Assembly (NCBI GenBank): GCA_012295275.1
Contig: CM022672.1
Span: 21,204,001 to 21,268,000 of the forward strand
Direction: 5' to 3'
Origin: Chrysomallon squamiferum
Lineage: Eukaryota; Animalia; Mollusca
DNA length: 64,000 bases
Shown here: piece after piece, positions 41,749-53,734 of the stretch
How positions within the stretch are numbered: position 1 is the first letter of the stretch
How the letters are laid out: each line of letters starts with the position of its first letter
Position numbers and translations under genes: made by a program
The notes under the pieces: generated by a model
The model's input: only the letters and a program-made list of their open reading frames with translations
Told to the model about the DNA's origin: nothing
Databases searched by the model: none

Positions 41749-43157
41749 GAAGAAGAAGAAGAGCTACAACAATAACAAAAACAACAACAGCAACAATTAC
41801 GAGAAAAAACTACAACAAAAACATAATCTCCCAGTATTAGTTTCCCTTTTAATTCACAGGACTATTAATACATTGAACTATAAATACTGTCGAAATCAAA
41901 TTTCACAGAAGAAAGCCTTGATATGTCACCCGTGGCGGAGAGCTGATTGTCATTCGAGGCAATTCAGGTTTTCTCGAATTACTTATTAGCATCAAACACG
42001 GAGCTTTAAAAAGAAATTAGCCTCTAGATGAGGGTCCGGGCCTTTTGGCGAACGAGTCCTGAAGCAGTTTCACGAAGGAGAATGTCATATGTAAACATCA
42101 TATTGATGAAATAAAAACATGACTTTAAACAGATTACAGTCGCCCGTAACCATCAGTTCTAAATTGAAATTATGTTGCAGATGTTCTGTTAATAAATATT
42201 TCTTCTACGACTGATAACAATAACCGGAGTGAATGCGAAAAAAATGTTGTCAAAGTGAACGTTTGTTGTTGATTCTGTGGGTATTTGACAAGACTGCTCC
42301 ATTGATACGCAACTTTAAATGCAAAGTACGGACACGGAAATATGATCTTCCTTTTTACTGTTGGTACAAAAGAGCGTGCTCTCTCTTATAGATCTACTTC
42401 GTACTTATTACCATTTTCACAAATGCCCATACTTCGTTTTTATTGTCACGGCAAAGGTGTGATATATCAAAATATTTAATTATGCGCAGGTGCTTACTTA
42501 AGCCAATCAACAATGCTTCAAAGAAACTTATGCGTTATCAACAACATTCTTGAAAAATTCGGCTTGAATGAATCTTAAGTTAAGGACAGGCAAGTTGTTT
42601 AAAATTAAGTTACTCGGAGATCTCTCAGTATAATTGTACCTCTTAAACGATAATAAAATAAAAAATATAATCTAAAGCTGACGATGTGGCCTAAAGCTAT
42701 CCAATAATTAAATTGTTTCGTTGTTGTAAAAGACGTTTTTTGCACAAAGTTAGCCACTCGACTCAAACCATATCCTTTGGCGGTTTCGTGAACGAATCAA
42801 TGCCGTTTTTGTGTTGTCTGGGAATTCGAATGCAACTTAGTAGGTTTTGAGTAGTACCTGAAAACAAGTTCAAAGTGTGTATATGTGATACCTTTTGCAC
42901 TTGAAGAACACAATCGTCTTCACAGAATGTAATATTGATATTGTATTCATTAATCCCTTTATGAACGCACACGTTGTAAGTAAGAATGGTATTTTTCTTT
43001 TCTTTCCCATTTTGATGTTTAGAAATTTAAAAAAAAAATATATATATATATATATATAAATAAAAATTAGAGCGATCCAAACTTAATATAATAGGTGTGG
43101 ACAATATTTAATTTTCAGTTATAAATAAGATAACAATAAATTAATATATATATATGC

Positions 43158-43252
<95 letters not shown>
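43158..43252 (+). repeat. (AG)n microsatellite
   Basis: Directly visible; source of the ER-repeat and SL-repeat ORFs. Confidence 0.95.
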
Positions 43253-43254
<2 letters not shown>

Positions 43255-43959
43255 TATATGTATACTTATAAATACATACATACTTACCGCCATACATCCA
43301 TCCATCCATCCATCCATTCATCCATCCATCCATACACATAATTTTAATATTAAAGACAAGTATGAAAAACATCGAAAATAATTTAATACTGAAAATATAG
43401 AAATAAACTGTAAAAAACCCTCTCCTATGAGTGGTAATCGAATGTTATTGTGACTAATTTCCTATGCATTGATTATGTAACAACATTTTGTGGAAAGTAT
43501 CGTATAAATGCGTGTTTAGCATAAAAAAAGACAAAGAAAAAGACAAAAAAAAAAAAAAAAAAAAAAAAAATTTAAAAAAAATTGTTTTATCGAGGCTGGT
43601 TATTCGTCTTATTTATTTTTAATTTTTTCCAGTGGTCGTATTAATTATTATTTCATTTTTGTGTTTTTCTATTGTATTAAGAATCCTGCAATAATTCATC
43701 TGTTGTTTATTATTAATTAGTTATCGAATTTTCATTGTTAAAAACATAAATAGTAGTAGTTGTAATAGTTGCAACTGTAATAAATAAATTAATAAATAAA
43801 TATGATCATTAATGTACACAAAAGTAAAAAGAATTTGTTCAGACTCTGTCCTATAATAGTTATAATTTTCTATATTGTTATAAAATCATAGAAATACATT
43901 AATAATAAATAACTTTGTATTTAAACAATTTTCTTTTCCGTTTATTCTTTTATATTAGA

Positions 43960-44790
43960 GAGCAGATGCTAAGAACTGAACTCAGTACATAGCAAACATT
44001 AGCCACAGACAAATTCAAAGGCGACAAATAGAGAGTGACCTCTGCAATACAAATCCGCGAATTTAACATTAGACGTAAAATTGCTTTTAATTCTAATCGT
44101 CTAACAGGAGTGAAATTGTCAAACAATTCGTTCCTGTAATCCAGCAAACTAATGGCACGAAAAATACGTCACACTTATTTCAGTGGAGTCAATTTTATGG
44201 TGATATATGTTTTCCTTTCAATTTCGGGGCCTAAATTTGGATCCAGCTTGTAATGTACTTTGACAAATTGCCCCAAATGGTGGGATTTATTTCTCGTCCA
44301 AAAGACGCACTTTTTAATCAGCCCGTGCTGCGAGGGACCGTAAAGCAAAAGAGCCAGGGGATAAAGAGGACACTTAAACACAATGGGTCTTTGATTACTG
44401 CTAAATAACGATCAGTGAAAGGAAAATACAATTTGATGAAGGCGGTGGCTGTTTTTACAGAACTCGTTGCCACACAGTTTGGTAATTTGGGGGTGTTTCC
44501 GTAGCCCGAGGGCCGTGGGTTTTCATCGCTTCATAGCTTGTAATTAATACCGAGCCGAACATCAGGGAATATCTCGCGTATGTTTGATTGGTGGGTTACA
44601 GCACAGACTCGTACATTATGTCGACCAAACTGGCCAGAGTTTGTCTGAGTCACGACATCAGCTTTAGCGCTAAGAGGCAATGAAAGATCTTGTAAAGTAA
44701 ATGTAACATAAGGATGGGTGATGATGTATTAAGAATCACACTCTACCAGATGTTCGTCAGCGGATTAACGAGAATGGGAATAGTGAAATA
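43960..44790. promoter_or_regulatory. Enhancer-like non-coding island ~3 kb downstream of Emx
   Basis: ~830 bp of complex sequence; adjacent Sox-type ACAATG and TCF-type CTTTGAT near 44379-44395; many TAAT cores. Confidence 0.45.
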
Positions 44791-46437
44791 AGATTAATGA
44801 TCATGATGACAAATTTAAACGTTTATGCTCTTTTTATATTACGAATTTATCCATTATAACATGCTTGCACAACCATACACGTAGACACAGAAACACTCTC
44901 CTTAAGATCGATGTCTATACCAGTGTAACAGACGTAGTATTTTATTTAATCAAAATGTTGTACTTATATTATTACAATATTACGAAGTTACTTTTTCATT
45001 TTCGTTTTAAGCAGTCAAAAGATTTGTTCGTGTTGTGTTGTGTTTGTTTTTTTGTTTTGTTTTTTTTTTTGTTGTTTTTTTTTTTGGGCTTTTTTTTTTT
45101 TTTATTCTTTATTATTATTTTTTTTCTATCGCTTCGTGATTTGTATAGTTATACAATAATTAATATATAAAAAATATTTTGCAATTCGCTGACCATCTTG
45201 AATTTTCAAAATGTCTTCACAATAACTACGAACATTTAAAAAGTATTTGTAAAATCATATGAATAAACTCGTATCATAACCTTTGATACTATAAATATTT
45301 AAAAAGAACACTTTATTAAACAGTGTGTTTCCTAGACTTTGTTAAATATATTCTGAATACATTCATGTTATGGTCCTGTATTGTGTAATTTTTTGCCTTA
45401 CAATTAATAACAGCGACAAAAGAATATAGTTTTAATATATTTTGGCGCTGCCATTTTTCTACAGTCGAGATCTTTAACCTGAAAATTACGTACAAAAAAA
45501 CAAAAATACATCCATCAGTCCGCCATATAAATCAGTCCGACCTCCAATTTAAAATGTTTTTGTAACAGTATTATTTTATTGTCATCCTTTATGATGGGCG
45601 ATAATAGGTCACAATAAAAGTCTTTATTATGCTAATTTATTTGTACTAACGCAAGTACATTTTAATTTATTTTCAATTTCTTGTTCCATTACTTCAGCAT
45701 CTTTTTTCCGATTCATGTATATAATTAGATAGATATATATAAACTTGTGACATTTTAAGTTATAGTTTAATATTACCAAGCACCATAGATTTCTGTCAGT
45801 TTCGTAACGTAGATATTTTAAGTTTTAAAAACAATACACTAACAGTCTCATCCAGTTTCTTAATTAATGAATTCCATCAGGTGTTGGGAGAAAACAAATT
45901 TTTTTATGTCCTGCATCACTTCTCAGATTTCTGTTTTATATATCGGTAACCTGTTACTGTATTTTAAATAGACGTAAACAGTCCTTAAATATTCAATGCA
46001 CCTGACACATTTTCATTTATTACGAATATTTACATTTTAAAATTATTTTTAGTGGCTTTGTAATTACAGATGATATGCCCATATCTTTGCAACAGATATT
46101 TGAATCTCCCGAAACTGTCGCATCGAAATGATTCATTAAGATTGTTTTACATAGATGATTGAGTCTTTAAAAAATAATAATTAAAATAAAATAAAATAGT
46201 AATTAAAAAAACAAAAACCTAAAAACAACAACATCTATGTCTGTCAGTAACTATATATAAGTTAAATAAAATAAATAATAACTGTTATATATAATGCCAT
46301 CATAGAGACAAAAATAAAACAATTAATTTAGTCAATTTACATATGGTATCTATGAAATGTGGATCTAATTTCCTAATTTATTTGATTTATTTTAACTCAA
46401 ATAATGTATGTTTCTCTCTTTCTCTTTCGGTGTGCGC

Positions 46438-46478
<41 letters not shown>

Positions 46479-47310
46479 TGTCTGTCTGTCTGTCTGTTTG
46501 TCTTAGGAGTGGTTGAAAATTCTCAGGTTAGGCGATTATATTATATTTACAGAATTTTTCAAAACTTTAAATTTCTTTTGTTTCCATTTTATAATGTTTT
46601 GTTATTTCTTGTTGCTTCTGTTTGTTTGTTTGTTTGTTCTTATTTGGTTTTGTTTGTGTTTTAGGTTTTCCAGTTCTAAGGATTTTAATTTGAATTTAAA
46701 ATTGCTAAACTTAACACTTTTCTTTTCTTTCTACCAAAAATATATTCAGGTAAATGAATATTGTTGATCGTTGCTGTTGTTGTTTAGTTTAGTTTTGTTA
46801 AGTTTTATTTTTTTTTTAAATTTTTTTATTTTTTTATTTATCTATCAATCGTCATCATCATTACTATTCACTGTAATTTTTGTTGTTGTTGTTCCCACTG
46901 TTGTCATTATTGTTATTAAATTAATAATACTGAAGTCAAAGAAACTGAAATTAATTATCACTTGTGTATTATACAAATTATAAAAACAAATAATCAATAG
47001 AACCAGCAATACATTTATATTTTATTATTCATAACAAAATGTGGGCCACTGCCGCAGTACAGTTTCAAACGTCTCTCAACCACGATAAACACTATGCTGT
47101 AATGAGTGAAAATACACAGTTCAGTTTTTAGTAAGCACTTGTGTCCACAGGGTTACATCTCTCGATTAACCATTACAATGTAAAATAGCTGTGATTGTGA
47201 TTGATGAATATGTCTTTTTCAGTGTTATTACAAGTACCCATTAAAACTCGTTTTCGTTATAATATATAATTCACGACTGATGGGCACCGATCAGGTATTT
47301 AGGGAATTAT

Positions 47311-47820
47311 TTTATTGTTTATGTCATTTAGCCCACACTAGTTTGTATCTTCATAATTTAAAACATTAATAATAATAATAATAATATTTTTAAATTATTA
47401 AATTAAAGTTGGTATTAAGTGAGATCTTTCAAGTTGAAAAATCACAAAGCGACACGAAGAAAGAAAAAAAAAATACAAAATATGTCACCTATAATTTTTT
47501 TTTTTTTTTTTCTATGAAAGTCACAGTCGCCATGTGTTTTCTTGCTCTGTTTCAGTTGGTTTTATTGTGATGGTTTTTCTCTGAACCTTTTAGCAAAACA
47601 TTTAGAGCGGCTTATTAAGTTACGTGAAACACAGTAACACCTGAATGAACAATCAAATAATTGTTCTTTTTGTGGTCGTCCAGGGATTCGTAAAGACAGT
47701 AAATGGCTATAATTAATGTTTAATATAGCACGTCTGAACAGCGCGGTTTCTACACAATTAGTTTGTCTTCAAATGATGAATGGTTTTGATTCTCTTGACG
47801 CTACTTTTCTCATTTTTATT
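47311..47820 (-). terminator. Candidate Emx polyadenylation signals
   Basis: AATAAA on the minus strand at 47820-47815, 47566-47561 and 47316-47311. The one used cannot be determined from sequence. Confidence 0.3.
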
Positions 47821-47856
47821 TTTAAATTCGAATTTTTTTGTTTTCATCGGTCGGAT

Positions 47857-48060
47857 CTACTGTTTCAGTTCTGCTTCCGGGAATTTACTCGTTGCAACTT
47901 CGTCCTCTTCAGGAAAAAACTCACAGTTTTGATCATTGGCTGTTTCGCTGTCTGTATCATTGTCTGCAACGTCATCGCTATGTTGTGACGTCACGCTGAC
48001 GTCCACCTCACCTCTCATCCGTTTGTCTTTTGTTCTTCGATTCTGAAACCAGACTTTGAC
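47857..48060 (-). CDS. Emx: Emx homeobox gene, coding exon 3 (helix 3 plus acidic tail); not in the ORF track
   Basis: Acceptor ttaatttcAG at 48062-48061, then VKVWFQNRRTKDKRMRGEVDVSVTSQHSDDVADNDTDSETANDQNCEFFPEEDEVATSKFPEAELKQ* (TAG at 47859-47857). Joins exon 2 at the Q44|V45 homeodomain intron position. Total CDS 472+173+204 = 849 nt = 282 aa plus stop. Confidence 0.95.
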   Translation of the reverse strand, partial: VKVWFQNRRTKDKRMRGEVDVSVTSQHSDDVADNDTDSETANDQNCEFFPEEDEVATSKFPEAELKQ

Positions 48061-48446
48061 CTGAAATTAAGTTTAAGTTTTTAACGTTTAAATTATTACT
48101 TCCACATTATCAGTCAGTCAGTCATTTAAAAAACAAAACAAAATTTTAAAATCTGTTGAGTTGACCGTTTATTCATAATTAATCAGATTTTCTCGTTCTA
48201 GCCAATGGAATCCGGCTGGATTATGGGAAGCTGTTGAATAATAATTATATAAATGTACTTATAAAATATTCATTATAACTAATACATCTTTAAAGAATGA
48301 AGGAAATGCGCAGAAAACGTAAGTTCATATATAAAATAGAGATATTCATATTTACTACTATAAACATACACTAAATAAATAGATTAAGTATATGCAAAAA
48401 AACAACATTAATAACAGCAACAACAATAACAGTAAAAATAATAATA

Positions 48447-48487
<41 letters not shown>

Positions 48488-48899
48488 CAACATCATCTTT
48501 ATTTATTTTAATTTTTTTTTTAAATGTTATTTCTTTGTTTATTTTTTTTAATTTTTTTTATTCATTCATTCATTCATTTAATAGCAGTCATATTTTTCTT
48601 TGCTTTCTGAAACTCACAACGAAATTATTTTCAACATATTTTTAAAATTATGTTTTTATTTTGCTTTGAATATAAATAAATACCCAGCAATCAAAACTTT
48701 CCAAATTTAGTTGTGAAAAATCGTTCATGAGAAAATATTCTACCATTACAAATAATCTCAAAAGGGCGAGTCGAGATTAACGATCAATACAGATTTTAGT
48801 TCACGTAATTACATCTGTATACCCGTGAAATAAAAAATACGATAATAAATAATGACATAAATAAGAAGGACTGAAAAATATCACTGTTTAACATGTCAA

Positions 48900-49470
48900 C
48901 ACTTAAGGCATGATTCCCTGAACGAAAGCAGCATTAAGAGCGGAACTGGAACTCTTTGCTTTCAGAAGATAACAATCGAGCGTTCATCCATAATCGCCAG
49001 CGATGCTTTAAGGGTAACTTTCCCTTATCGAGCCGGCCACGTCCCATCAGACTGTGGTACAAGCGCAAAGACGGTTTAATAGTCCAATTATACACAAACA
49101 GGATATCCCTCTTGGTGCTTTGGCAAAAGGAAAACGAAGTTTTGATTTCGCTCTGGGGGTTTCGCGAAGATTAAAATAACAAGAGATACCGCGGCATTAT
49201 CAAGTTGAATTGCTTCATTAAGCAGGTTTCGCGTAATCCGTGCAAGTTTTCATCCACTCATCAAGTTGTATGAAAACAAGCCTAACGCGGCCATAATAGC
49301 TTTATTAGATGTCGTCGCTCGAGGGTACCTGGGCACATAAAAATGTGTGGATAGAGTTTCGAAGATACAAGAATGGTGACAAGGCGAATAAAATGAAAAA
49401 AATACAATGAAAAGCAAGGCCTGTTCGAAAAGTTTGTTAAACGTCTCGGACAACCACCAGAACAATGGTT
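48900..49470. promoter_or_regulatory. Enhancer-like island within Emx intron 2
   Basis: CpG-rich complex block in an otherwise very AT-rich intron; TAATCC (Otx/K50-type) at 49235-49240. Confidence 0.4.
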
Positions 49471-49619
49471 AAAGAGTAACAAAAAAAAAAAACGAGAGAA
49501 ATAGATGGAAAGATAATTAGAAATAAATATAGAGAAATTCGATGAATAAACTGTAAAACTGAAGAAAAAAGAAGGAGAGATAAGCAGAGTGTTCGATTAT
49601 GGATAGACTAATGGATGGA

Positions 49620-49653
<34 letters not shown>

Positions 49654-49687
49654 TAATAACAACAATTATTATTATTATTATTATTAT

Positions 49688-49722
<35 letters not shown>

Positions 49723-50191
49723 TGTACTGGTGAAAATGTAAATGGACAGATAGTATAATAAGGAGATAAAACATAATTGGAGAAGGTTTCTAAATGCGTG
49801 TGTGAGAGAAAGAGAGAAAAAAACCCTTCAAAATTCATTATAAAAGAACCGGTTCATTTAATAGAAAACGTAATTTATGACTGTTAATGTATTTTATATT
49901 TAACTGTTTTTTTTGTTGTTGTTTTTTTTCAACATTAAAAAAATATAAAATTTAAACATTTTAGAATAAAAAATAAATAGAATTAAAAAAAAAATTGGGA
50001 TTAGTTAATCACTTTTATATATAAAAATAAAAGAAATGTCTGTATTTCATAGGGAAATTTAGATTTGCAAAATAATTAAGAAAAACAAATGTTTATTCGA
50101 TATATTTAATTAACTTCAAGAAAATATTTTCTTTTGCCGGCAATATTTCTTCTCTTATTTAATAGCGACTAACATTTTTTCCTCTATGTTT

Positions 50192-50222
<31 letters not shown>

Positions 50223-50636
50223 TTGTTGTTGCTGCTGCTGTTGTTGTTGTCATCATCTTCATTATCATCATCATTAGTGTTGTTGTTGTTGTTGCTGCTG
50301 CTGTTGTTGTAGTTGTTGTTGTTTCATAAACCTTACTCTTCACTCCTCGCGTAATGAATCAGTTTATTTCTTCGTAATGGGAACCAAAAACGTGCCGATT
50401 ACATATTTATTACATCACTATATTTTGTATTTTAATTTTGTTTATATCTGTTTCAACAGAAAAGTTTACACAAGTTAAAGGAATCGAACATAAAGTCAGT
50501 ACAATTTTAATTTTAATTATATTTAAAATTGACCTCTATTTCTATCAGTTGCAGCTTAAAGGTAAAATGAAGATTTGAACCAGAAAGCTATTGATTGTAG
50601 TGTCTTTCATATTAATTTTAATTATTTACCATTTAC

Positions 50637-50809
50637 CTGTGTTTCGGACAGTTGCAACTTAAATGCCAACTGTTTTCGTTCCTGCCCTACGACATAATGG
50701 TTTCTTTCAAAGGACTCTTCTAAATCCATGAGCTGGGAGGGGGAGAATGCAGTTCTGTTCCTCTTTGGTTTTCTGTATGGATGGAAATAGAGACTGGGAT
50801 GTGGACCCA
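50637..50809 (-). CDS. Emx: Emx homeobox gene, coding exon 2 (homeodomain residues 1-44)
   Basis: Acceptor tcttttttcAG at 50811-50810, phase 1 matches exon 1 (A+TG = Met). Encodes [50 protein letters not shown]; RTAFSPSQL and NHYVVG are Emx-diagnostic. Donor CAG|GTAAAT at 50636, phase 0. Confidence 0.96.
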
Positions 50810-50912
50810 CTGAAAAAAGAAAATATTTTAATTAATTAAATACATTTACTATTAATATCTGCATATTTTCTATTTCTTTCATCATCATCATCAACATCAA
50901 CATATTATTATT

Positions 50913-50949
<37 letters not shown>

Positions 50950-51166
50950 GTTGTTGTTGTTGTTTATTTTTCAGTCTATAATATAACTGGCTATAGAAGT
51001 CAATAAATGTGAAAAATAAAAATAAATATAACAACAACAAAAGCAACAATAATAATTTTAAAAAAAAATAAAAAAAAGCAAACTAACAAACACACCCAAC
51101 AAGTTAAAAAGAAATGAAAGAAACCGCACACACAAATCTACTATATACACATCTATCCATTTTTTT

Positions 51167-51219
<53 letters not shown>

Positions 51220-51401
51220 TTCGATTCTGTACGAAGGAAAGGTCCCGATATTAAGATGATCAGAAACTTATGTTTTCATTAATTTCATTATTACAAGAAT
51301 AGAAATAATGGTGTCATATAAATTTATCTAAATAATAGTAACGACAATGATGATAATGTTTATATCGTTGATTTTTCTTTATAAAGTAAATAAAGCGATA
51401 A

Positions 51402-51455
<54 letters not shown>

Positions 51456-51635
51456 TAAAAAATACATCTCTACAATATAATCCGTACATTAACTAATATT
51501 TATGATATCAACATTTATTTCAAGCATGTTTAATTGCTTGGAACAAGATCAGCAAATTGTAAAATAGGTAATATTACGTATAATTAATTTGATAAATAAA
51601 TATTTCTACCAGCCGCTTTTTTTTTCTTTTCTACG

Positions 51636-51705
<70 letters not shown>

Positions 51706-51886
51706 TGCTTTGTTTTGTTTTATTATGGATTTTACTTGTTGATAATGTTGTTGTTGTTTTATTAATTTATTAGAACGAAAAATTGCATTAAAGTGTATAT
51801 GGCTAGAGAAAGATTGTGAACGTTCTGGTAAAAATCAATTACAAATTTAGTTTGCACTGAAAGAGAGGAATAATAATAATAATTAC

Positions 51887-51918
<32 letters not shown>

Positions 51919-52347
51919 TAATAATTTATAATAATAATAACAATAACAATAACAAAAAGTAAGAATAGTAAAAAGAAGAAGATGAAAAAGAAATAAAGCA
52001 TATAAAATTCTAAGCAATGGCTTTTTACTAAATAAGAGAAGTCAATGTAATTATGAATACACTTTGTTATAAATTATTAAATTACTACTACTTCTGTTTC
52101 AACTGTTATTACTAATATTATTTTATTATTAATCTTATTTTAGCGACAAAAGCAGCTATTCCCATTAGGACCATTACTACCATTATTAATGCTTCACTAG
52201 AGCAATTCATGTGCTACAACAACAACAACAACAACAATAACAAAGAAAGAAAGAAAGAAAGAAAGAAAGAAAAAAAAATAAACGAAAGAAAAGAATTAGA
52301 AATTAATTTTACAAATAGCAAATATTAATGAACCATATTTGACTTAC

Positions 52348-52819
52348 TGGGATATCTTTGATTGAGTAAATGCGAGTAGCGAGCCTGAAGCCACGCATCT
52401 GACTGTTGCAGCACATCTCTGTTCACGAAACTATTTAACGTCAGTGGAGAGAAAAACATAGGGTTATTGACTGTCAAGTTCGAGCTAACGGTGGCAGCTA
52501 TTTTGAAAGGTTGAAAAACACTTGACTCCGAATGTCCAATCCATGACCTGAGAATGCTGTGATAGTCTGACTCGGTTAAAGACGTAGCTGTTCTGTTTCC
52601 TGGGTTGCACTTGGAAACGTTGAACAAATGTCTGAAATTAGCACTTTTCATCTGTGACAGAAGCTGCGATTCTTTTGGCGACGGCCTGTGAACATCGCCG
52701 GAACTTGCAGGGGGACAACTTTTGTCTTCCGTTTTGTTATCTCCCTTTCCGATGAGCGCTTCTATGGAAAACTGGTGTATTTTCTTAGTCCGTGTCGAAT
52801 TTTCTAAAACTTGTTCCAT
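52348..52819 (-). CDS. Emx: Emx homeobox gene, coding exon 1 (contains eh1 motif)
   Basis: ATG in good context (AGAATGG) with an upstream in-frame stop. FSIEALI eh1/Groucho-binding motif at 52771-52751; W-containing motif AWLQARY near the exon end. Consensus donor A|GTAAGT at 52347, phase 1. Confidence 0.9.
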
Positions 52820-53244
52820 TCTTGCTCTATTGAGAAATCCCGAATTATTCTAATATCTAAGTCAACTTCTCTTTAAGCCGATATTTAGTGCTTGAAACAA
52901 AAAATATAAAAAACATTCAAATTGATCGCTGTATTATTCTATCGATATACGAGTTAGTCCAAAGATCTCCTTAGGGAGAAATGGTGAAAACAGAAATTAC
53001 ATCATTACAAGGAAAAAATTTACAAATTTTTTTTTTTTTTTTTTTTTTCTATTTTTTTTTAAAAAAATAAAAAATATTTCAAATATTCACGTTTTATACT
53101 CTCTTCTCTGACAATAACAATAATCAAATAATGGCACTATTCGCTTCTCAATAACTCACTGAGAACAGCCATGCTGTGACGGTAATTTGTACTTAACTGT
53201 TCACCATGGGTCAATAAATCGGTATTGCACGCCCATAACAAGGA

Positions 53245-53335
53245 GCCAAGCAGCGGCCATTTGTGGCCATGTGGGCGGGGCTACGAGACTGACGTGAATT
53301 GATTGGACCGTTGATTAATGTCCATTGGTTTTGCT
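53245..53335 (-). promoter_or_regulatory. Probable Emx proximal promoter
   Basis: About 430-510 bp upstream of the ATG: YY1-like GCGGCCATTT (53253-53262), GC box GGGCGGGG (53273-53280), CRE half-site TGACGT (53290-53295) and two CCAAT boxes on the gene strand (53302-53306, 53324-53328), in a GC-rich patch within AT-rich flanks. Confidence 0.65.
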
Positions 53336-53697
53336 GGCAGCAGCAAACAACAGCTGTAGAAATGTAAAACTCCGATTTCTGTTTCATTGCTTATGAAACT
53401 GAGATCATTCGATGTCGGCAGCTGCAGCTAAAATGTAATACATTTCACTTAATTATGAATTAAACTGTCTAAATGTCTAAAGTTATTGCGGCTTCTGCAA
53501 AACAATTAAATGTAATTTGCAATTACGTTGGTTTTTTTTTTTTTTTTTTGGTTTTGTTTTGTTTTTTGGTGTTGTTGTTTTCTGATCTGTTATATATTTT
53601 ATATTCGTTTTTATATGTTGGTGAGTATGTGCATGTTCATTCATGATTATTTTGTGACATGAATTTGTACTTTATTTAGTGCATTATTATTATTATT

Positions 53698-53734
<37 letters not shown>

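Noticed and set aside
47716-47988. 90-aa plus-strand ORF
   Set aside because: Antisense shadow of Emx exon 3 and its 3' UTR.
50622-50636. ORF-track ending VNGK* (and SKSNMVH* at 52325-52347) suggesting truncated Emx proteins
   Set aside because: Read-through past consensus donor sites into introns; the spliced model restores a full homeodomain.
53372-53422. bantam-like miRNA (TGAGATCATT) in a small hairpin
   Set aside because: Only the first 10 nt match; the rest differs and the ~33-nt hairpin is too short for a pre-miRNA.
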